Assembly: GCF_009914755.1 (NCBI RefSeq)
Contig: NC_060939.1
Length of the DNA stretch: 64,000 bases
Strand: one strand, 5' to 3'
From: the human T2T-CHM13v2.0 reference genome, Homo sapiens
Under the pieces are notes generated by a model. The model made no database searches. It was not told the DNA's origin and saw only the letters and a program-made list of their open reading frames with translations. Shown here one piece after another: positions 56,311 to 64,000 of this stretch. The position numbers and the translations under genes were made by a program. The first letter of the stretch is position 1, and every line of letters begins with the position of its first letter.

Positions 56311-56460
56311 CTTTGTTTTGTTTTGTTTTTAATTTTTTTGTACATAGAGACATGGTTTCCCCATGTTGCCCAGGCTGGTCTCTAACCCCTGAGCTCAGGT
56401 GATCCAGTTGCCTTGGCCTCCCAAAGTGCGGGATTATAGGTGTGAGCCACCATGCCCAGC
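56311..56460 (-). mobile_element. Free left Alu monomer (FLAM-like)
   Basis: Left arm only; TSD CCCAACTGTTCT at 56299-56310 and 56461-56472. Confidence 0.88.
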
Positions 56461-57049
56461 CCCAACTGTTCTTTGATATGATGTCACCAGCCTATGTTGA
56501 GGGGCTGTGTAAGAGTAGGTCACCATCTCTATTGTAAGGACATTGTAAGGATGTTTTCATGGATGTTCATCATAGGACACAATCTTCTTTATAAGCCTCC
56601 TTGGGAGAATTCCCTGTCTGACTCTGGTACCAAGGGCAGAAGCACATCTACCAACGAACTAGTTTGTTTTGATTTGTGTTCCCTGAATCTAGTGACCAGC
56701 TAAGGTTTCACTTTTGGTGTTGGCTAAGAAAAATTTTAGAGAACCACATATGTGGCCCAATTGTTACAGCGATTATAGGTCATTTTGATCTGTTTTACAC
56801 ACCCATCTCTATTTTTTATTTTTATTTTTCTTCTAATTTAGTTTTCATTTTTCTCTCTATCTTTGTAAGCTGGCATAAATCTTGTGTGGGACAAAACAAA
56901 GAATGAATGAATAGATAGATAAGAATGAATTTGTAGGAACAATGGAGAACATTTGAAATTACAATTGGGATGGCCATTTTACAAGTAGCTAAGAGTCTGC
57001 CATGACTTGCGTATATATCTGTAGTTTTTTCCATCCCAGTGAAAGCATA

Positions 57050-57351
57050 GGCCAGGTGTGGTGGCTCATGCATGTAATCCCGGCACTTTTGGAGGCCGAG
57101 GCAAGTGGATTGCTTGAATCCAGGAGTTCAAGACCAGTCTGGGCAACATGACGAAACCCCCATCTCTACAAAAATACATAATTAGCTGGGCATGGTGGTG
57201 CACACCTGTGGTCCTAGCTACTCCAGAGGCTAAGGTGGAAGGATTGCTTGAGCCTGGGATGTCCAGGCTGCAGTGAGCTGTGATCACACCACTGCACTGC
57301 AGCCTGAGCGGCAAAGCAAGACCTTGACTCAAACATAAATAAATAAATAAA
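57050..57351 (+). mobile_element. AluJ-like
   Basis: GGATTGCTTGAATCCAGGAGTTCAAGACCAG; (TAAA)n tail. Confidence 0.92.
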
Positions 57352-60300
57352 TAGCATATATTGCTTAATGAAAAAAACCCATTACCTGTAAACTATAATG
57401 TCATTTTGATTTTCCTCTTAACATGGTAAGTACAACTGGCAATTTAAAACAATATTTCCCTCATTATTAATATAGTATGTGTTTATTGTGATAAACTAGG
57501 AAAAAACAGTAAAGCTCTATATTGTAACCTCCCTAAAATAAAACTAAATGTGGCATAAAATTCATAAGGCCTTGGCTTCCATATCTACTTATAGCCGCTG
57601 GGCTGAGAAAAGACAAACAGCCTCCTATTCTGGTAGTCTGCAAGAATGTCCACTTGTTCTTCAAAGAGAGACATGCAATGCAAAGAATTTGCATTAAAAG
57701 CATTTCTTGGTCCTACTATTATAAAGTAAATTATCTCTAGTCAACAGCTGGAACTAAAGAATGTCAAACTCAGAGCAGGCTCTGCCCTTGGGATTATACC
57801 ATCTTTATATATCCCACTTATGTATTTCAGAGGGTGGGTTCTGGTTTCCAAGTCAGCTGTTGAACTGTTTCAAACTTGTAGTTTAAAAACTGGTCTACCA
57901 CAAACATAAAACTAAACCATATGAATATACTGCTGAAGGCATTGTCTTCATGTGGAGGGTCTGAAAGCACTTCTTTTAGAAAAACATCTTTACAGCTATT
58001 TTATTATCAAAATTGTTCTTAATTTAGACTACAGATAACCAGTTCATCTTAACCACCTCTTATTTAATTTCATAAATTAAAAATAATAACAAAGGCTTTA
58101 TCTAAAGCTAGCACTGTGTACCTACAGAACTTGTACGTACAAAATAAAAACAACTGAAAAGCCTTCTTAAGCCGTTACTTGTGCGTGAATGCTGGCACCC
58201 ATCCAAATAAGTAGGCCTATGGCTTATGATATTCCAGAGAGAAGAGCCAGCCTTTGAGGACTGAGAAGAGAAAATAATCAGCCATTAAACTATGATATGG
58301 GCCTTGAAAAGTGATCAGAACAACCTTGAGCATGACCCAAAGGACAGAACAGAGTAAAATACTACATCATCAAAGAAATACCTGCAATGGTTGGGTAACC
58401 CTAAGGTGAGAACATTCTTTAAGGATGAACAAGCAAAGTGCTCTCTATTCAGTTAATGTTTTTGCAAACTCTCTTTAAACATGCAATTTTCCAGTGAGAG
58501 ATTCTAGTGAATTTAATATTACAGCACACTACTTATATTTTTCACAAAAGATTCACACTGGGCTCATTCCTTCACCAATGTATGTAGCCATCTACTTTCT
58601 GTGTTCCCTGTTCAGTGATGATAAGGAGTCCGGAGCCCCTCTCTTGAAGTTTCAGAGGGAGAGCCCTGAAGCTTTAATTTGAGCTGATCTCTTAGATTGG
58701 CATAATTGACCATTTCTGGTGTCCACCCAAGGATCGCATCACTAAGCTGCTGACTCAAGGTAGTGGGCGAGGCGGAGGAGAGAGGGATGAGGGTAGAAAG
58801 AGGGTGATGGGGGAGTGGCCTACAACACCTCTTCCCTCTCATTTCTTTCTGAATAGAAAACTGAAAATGCTAAATCAGAATCACAGACAAATGCAGTTAC
58901 AAGGGGCTCAGGCTTTGCTTTCATACCTGGCAGTGCAAAACTTTATACTGAGTTTATTTTGTCCAACTCAGGGATGTGGGCCCCAAAAATGATAAGAGAA
59001 AAGGCAAAAGTGATCCCATGAGGCAGAAAGCCTTATGTATTAGAACAGCTCCAGTGTTCTGGGTCCTTCTAAAAGTGTGCACACCTCAGGCCTAAATATC
59101 AAACCCTAAAATATTATTCCATAATTTACATCTTTATGTAGTCAGAGTTTTCCTTGATCTATCTGGAAACTAACTCTTATTTTGACTAAATGTGAAAGGT
59201 TAAATGTTAAATTTGCCTACTTTCTCACCTGGAATATGTTTGTGTGTATCTGAGAGAATCAGTCATGAATGAAAGGTTTATTGTTTCTGTTTCCTACATT
59301 TATTTCATTGCAATGTCAAAAGGATAGATTGAGTACATCTTTCCAAATCATCTGATTCAGTCACAATCACATAAACAGGGTTTAAAAACCTTAAGGCTGG
59401 TATCAGGCAGCAGCCAAGAATGAACAGATGTTCTTTGTTTTCTCAAATATTTGTGAATGTAAATGGTCCAGATAACATCTCATAATCACCACACTGAAAG
59501 TGTGAAATGAATATACCTTTACAAAGAAATGTGGCATGATAGGAAAATATAATGCTCTATTCTTAGAGCATGTGTCATTTCCAATGAAGTATCTTTTACC
59601 CTCCTGGTCTCCCTGAACGCTATTTAAATTCTCAGCATTAACCAAGAAGACATTCAGATCTCAGCGACTGATTTTGAACAAAGGGTTTCAAATAATTTCT
59701 TTGGGAGATTCAAGGCTTGCTGTCACCGTAGAAATTCAAATGTGTCCCAAGTGTCTCATTTTGCAAACAACTTAGCAAAATATTACAGATGAATAAACTC
59801 TTTGATTTGAAACATCATACTTTCTAACTAAATATAATCAAAATAGTGATGCTTATCATACAAATGTAGATATGAACAAAAGGAAAAAGCCAATTCGGTG
59901 GCTAAATTGGTGTTCCCTTGAAATCAAGATGTGGTTTATTCAATTTCTTCATTCAATCAATATTTATTGAATGCCTTCTCTATGCAAGACATTGTGGCAG
60001 GAACAGTGGGAAATATTAGAGTGCATGAGATGGTGTATGCACACCAAGAGAATGTTTTCATTCTATTAGATAGTACCTAAACCCAGCAAGCCACCACAAA
60101 GATCTGTGCTAAGCAGCACGAAAGGGTATTAAACAAAGCCTGAGGGGCTGGAAAAAGGGAGCGAGCCCTTCTCATGAGGGTCCTTGGGCAAGACTTCATA
60201 GTTTATGGATTTTGAGCTGAGTCTATGAGGGCTAGTTGATGAATAGATTATGTTTGTAAGCTTTTGCATTATTTTCTGCCTGAATCATGTTTATGAGGAA

Positions 60301-61384
60301 GACAAAAATATGTTGTTCCCTCTTAAAATAATTACAGTTCGTTCAACAGATACTCACTGAATGCTCACTGTGTACCACATGCTGTACTTCCAAGAAGACA
60401 ACTTCCGGGTTCCAAGTAAAGTCAGAAATAAGCACACTGCTGAAGGTGCACTGAACTGGTCCTTTCAGATGAAAAGTATGTGAAATGTGTGTGTTTCTGT
60501 GTATATTTTAAAGTGTAGCCACATCTTATTCTTTACGAATTGAAAGCTGGAACAGACCCAAGAGAAAGCTCTTCCCTACTTTTCCTAAGTCATTTGCCAT
60601 GATTGGTTTTCAAAGTCTTTAGGGAGTGAATGATTTCAAGTTCTACTGTTTACATAAATCTTTGACTACTGAAGCCTATTTCAAAAAAAATCTAACCAAA
60701 CAAACCAAAACTCTTAACCATGGGAAGAGTACTGAAGATTAAGGGAGGAAGGAATTATTACAGTTTCCATTTTTTACTTAGGTATTATTTGAATATTTTT
60801 CCAGAAGCATATATTAATTTTATCTATTAAAGAAAGAAAGAAAACAATCTAATGTAACATCCTCTTGCTGAAAGTCAAGCATACTTTTGTCTCATTTGCC
60901 CAGGGGAGATGTCTACGTAATAACGTCCATATACTTTAAGAAAGACATTGCATCTGTGAGTATTAAGGCTCTTTTTCACCAGCACTGTTATTTTTAAAAC
61001 TGTCTTCATATTTGGTCTATAATCTAACTCTGTTCCAAATTTTTTTAGATGTAATAAAATTTCTTTTAGCCAAATTGGTTAGGAATTTGGTTTCTAGTTA
61101 AGTTGAAAACTACCATTGTTCAGAGAATTAAGTTCATCTTGATATGCCCACACAAAACTACAGAGAAGATCATTTAATTTTCTTTGATACTGTGAAGTTA
61201 TTTCCAGAATATTCTCCTTTGGAAAACTAATTTTTGTCACACACTATAGCATAACACATGTGACAGATGTAGACTGTTGGGCCAAACAAAATTATAATAT
61301 CCTGGAAAGCTGCTTAAATGAATTCACTGTTAGTATCGACATACCTGTTATCTATTTATTTCTTTTAAAAATCAAATATAGATC

Positions 61385-63950
61385 ATGCTTCTGCTTCCAG
61401 TCAAGATGGAGCACTCCATTTCTTGCAGATGCTCCCTCTTACAACTGTGGCCATAACACAACAAACAGACCTAGGGAAACTAAAAAGAGGAAAGAAGGTG
61501 GACTGCCTAGGGATTTGGGGACTTGAGAAACAAACTGCTGGTAAGTTCTGTAAGTTTCGTTATTGCCTCTCATATATCCCAGACAGGGTGTTGCAGATGC
61601 CTCCAACCTAGAGCTGCCAACAGGTACAGACAAAATAAGCTCTAAGAAAAGTCTGTTCCTCCTAGTCAAAGGACCAAGAAGCTGGTGCCCTTGCAATAGG
61701 AAGCCTTTTTGGTAATACCTGCCCTACTCTTGCCAAGTACTAATGGGAAAATTATATTCCCTTCTCCACAGTTTCAGTGAGATGGAGTTGAGAGCTGATC
61801 TTCCTCCCCATCCCCAGTCTCTGTGGCATCAGATGGTGGTGCTCTGACTCACTTGCCCCGTGGTATTGGTAGGACTGATCAGGGAGCTAGTCTTCCCTTT
61901 CCTGCCAGCAGAAGCGGCCAGTGCTCCTATTCTCCCACCAGGGTAGAGTCAACAAGGAGCAGCAGCAAACTGAACCTCTAACCCCCACCCAGCAGCAATG
62001 AGACTGTACAACGATGTGCAAAATAGAGCTAATGGGCACTCTGGTCCCCACTCCCGCCCTCACCCAGAAACAACCAGGCAAAATGAGGGGGTGGGATATG
62101 GATTCTCATTGCCCATCTACTTCCCTCCATGCCCCCCACCACCACCCGGGTTTCAGCAGCACCAGTGGGAAGCTGACCTCCTGCAGCTACCCTGAAGCCA
62201 CAAAGCTGTGTGTGTTAGCCCCCTCCTTCCCCACTCCCTGGTAACAATGGAGCCCAGCAGAAAGCTGAGTATCAGAGGAACCTGCCCCCAATATTTCAAC
62301 ATAGGTTTTCTATTTTCCGTAAGTGTTGGCCAGCTGAGAAATAAAGAGAAAGAGTACGAAGAGAGGAATTTTACAGCTGGGCCACCGAGCGTGACATCAC
62401 ATATCGGTAGGACCGTGATGCCCACCTGAGGCTCAAACCAGCAAGTTTTTTATTACGGGTTTCAAAAGGGGAGGGGGTGTAAAACAGGGAGTAGGTACAA
62501 AGATCACATGCTTCAAAGGGCAAAAAGCAGAACAAAGATCACATGCTTCCGAGGGAAGAGGACAAAGGCAAAGCAGAACCACTGATAAGGGTCTATGTTC
62601 AGCGGTGCATGTATTGTCTTGATAAACATCTTAAACAACAGAAAACAGGGATCGAGAGTAGAGAACCGGTCTGACCACAGATTTACTGGGGCCGGGTTTT
62701 TCCCCACCCTAGTAAGCCTGAGGGTACTGCAGGAGACCAGGGCATATCTCAGTCCTTATCTCAACCGCATAGGACAGACATTCCCAGAGCGGCCATTTAT
62801 AGATCTCCCCCCAGTAATGCATTCCTTCCCCAGGGTATTAATATTAATATTCCTTGCTAGAAAAAGGATTTAGTGATATCTTCCCTACTTGCACGTCCAT
62901 TTATAGGCTCTCTGCAAGAAGAAAAATGTGGCTGTTTTTGCCTGACCCGGCAGGCAGTCAGACCTTATGGTTGTCTTCCCTTCTTCCCTAAAAATCACTG
63001 TTATTCTGTTCTTTTTCAAGGTGCACTGATTTCATATTGTTCAAACACACATGTTTTACAATCAATTTGTACAGTTAACACAATTGTCACAGTGGTTCTG
63101 AGGTGACGTACATCCTCAGCTTACGAAAATAACAGGATTAAGAGATTAAAGTAAAGACAGGCATAAGAAATTATAAAAGTATTACTTGGGAACTGATAAA
63201 TGTCCATATTAAAATGAAATCTTCACAATTTATGTTCCTCTGCCGTGGCTCCAGCCGGTCCCTCCATTCGGGGTCCCTTACTTCCTGCAACAGCTGAGTT
63301 TTCATTCCCATTTGGAGGCCAGGAGATGGTAGGAGTCAGTGCCTCTCTTTCACTGGGAAGGTGTCAGTGGGGCCAAATGGGGAGCTGAGCTTCCTCCCAC
63401 CCACCCCACTGCAGTGAGGCAGTATGAGTCAGCACTCCCTTTTTGCCAGGATGGTGTCAGGAAGCTAAACATACACATCTACCTAGTCTTCAATATCTCA
63501 ACAGGGGGCTGCCTGCTAATAAAAGAAGATTAAATATGATCCAGAATATAATATAAAAACTGTCAGGATACAATTGAAAATCGCAACATGAATGAGAAAA
63601 GACAATTGACAGATACCAACAACAAGATGAATTAGATGCTGGAATTATCTGACAAGAATTTTAAAGCAACCATCATAAAAATACTTCAATAAGCAATCAC
63701 AAATTCTCTTGAAACAAATGCGAAAAATACTGAGAAAATCTCAGCAAAGAAATAGAAGTTATAAAAAAGAACCAAATGGAAATTATAGAAGTGAAAAATA
63801 CAATAAGCTAAATAAAATACTTAATGGATGGGCTCAATAATACAGTGGAGATGACAGAGGATAGAATCAGTGAACTTGAGGACAGGTCAACAGATTTTAC
63901 TCCAGATTAACAGAGAAAAGTGTAGACTGAAAAAAATAAAAACAGTCTCA
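61385..63950 (+). mobile_element. Ancient L1M 5'UTR/ORF1 fragment, interrupted by MER11
   Basis: CTTCCAGTCAAGATGG start; A-rich decayed ORF1 at 63520-63950 (AAGAACCAAATGGAAATT, AGAATCAGTGAACTTGAGGAC). Confidence 0.65.
62270..63292 (-). mobile_element. MER11 (MER11A-like, HERV-K11/HML-8) solo LTR, 1023 bp
   Basis: Minus strand starts TGTTGCAGGAAGTAAGGGACCCCGAATGGAGGGACCGGCTGG; perfect 6-bp TSD GCTGAG at 62264-62269 and 63293-63298; AATAAA at 62449-62454. Confidence 0.92.
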
Positions 63951-63952
63951 GA

Positions 63953-64000
63953 GGCCAGGTGAGGTGGCTCACGCCTGCAGTTCCAACATTTTGGGAGGTA
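63953..64000 (+). mobile_element. Alu 5' end (cut by the window edge)
   Basis: GGCCAGGTGAGGTGGCTCACGCCTG. Confidence 0.85.

Noticed and set aside
62497-62549. Direct repeat ACAAAGATCACATGCTTC, two copies
   Set aside because: Lies inside MER11, whose LTRs carry internal tandem repeats

Overview
Human (primate) genomic DNA; I recognise the GJD2-ACTC1 locus (15q14) from the two encoded proteins. Both genes are complete and on the minus strand. GJD2 (connexin-36) has two coding exons, 9679-9609 and 8561-7667 (966 nt, 321 aa), with a CpG-island promoter that looks bidirectional. ACTC1 (cardiac alpha-actin) has a non-coding exon 1 and six coding exons (1134 nt, 377 aa) with the classical TATA/E-box/Sp1/4xCArG promoter. 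The rest is ordinary repeat-rich intergenic DNA: a near full-length Tigger1 with three Alus inside, a very young AluYb8/9, L1/L2 fragments, MaLR and ERV solo LTRs (including MER11 with intact TSD), hAT MITEs and microsatellites. Most six-frame ORFs are repeat-derived or antisense noise. I found no new multi-gene system. The best leads are gene-architecture details: a 126-nt, in-frame, stop-free ACTC1 intron; a spliced 50-codon overlapping uORF starting 10 nt before the GJD2 start; a miR-183 8mer in the GJD2 3'UTR; a (TG)23 tract occupying an ACTC1 acceptor region; and a possibly polymorphic Alu. Repeat family names come from remembered consensus sequences, not a search.
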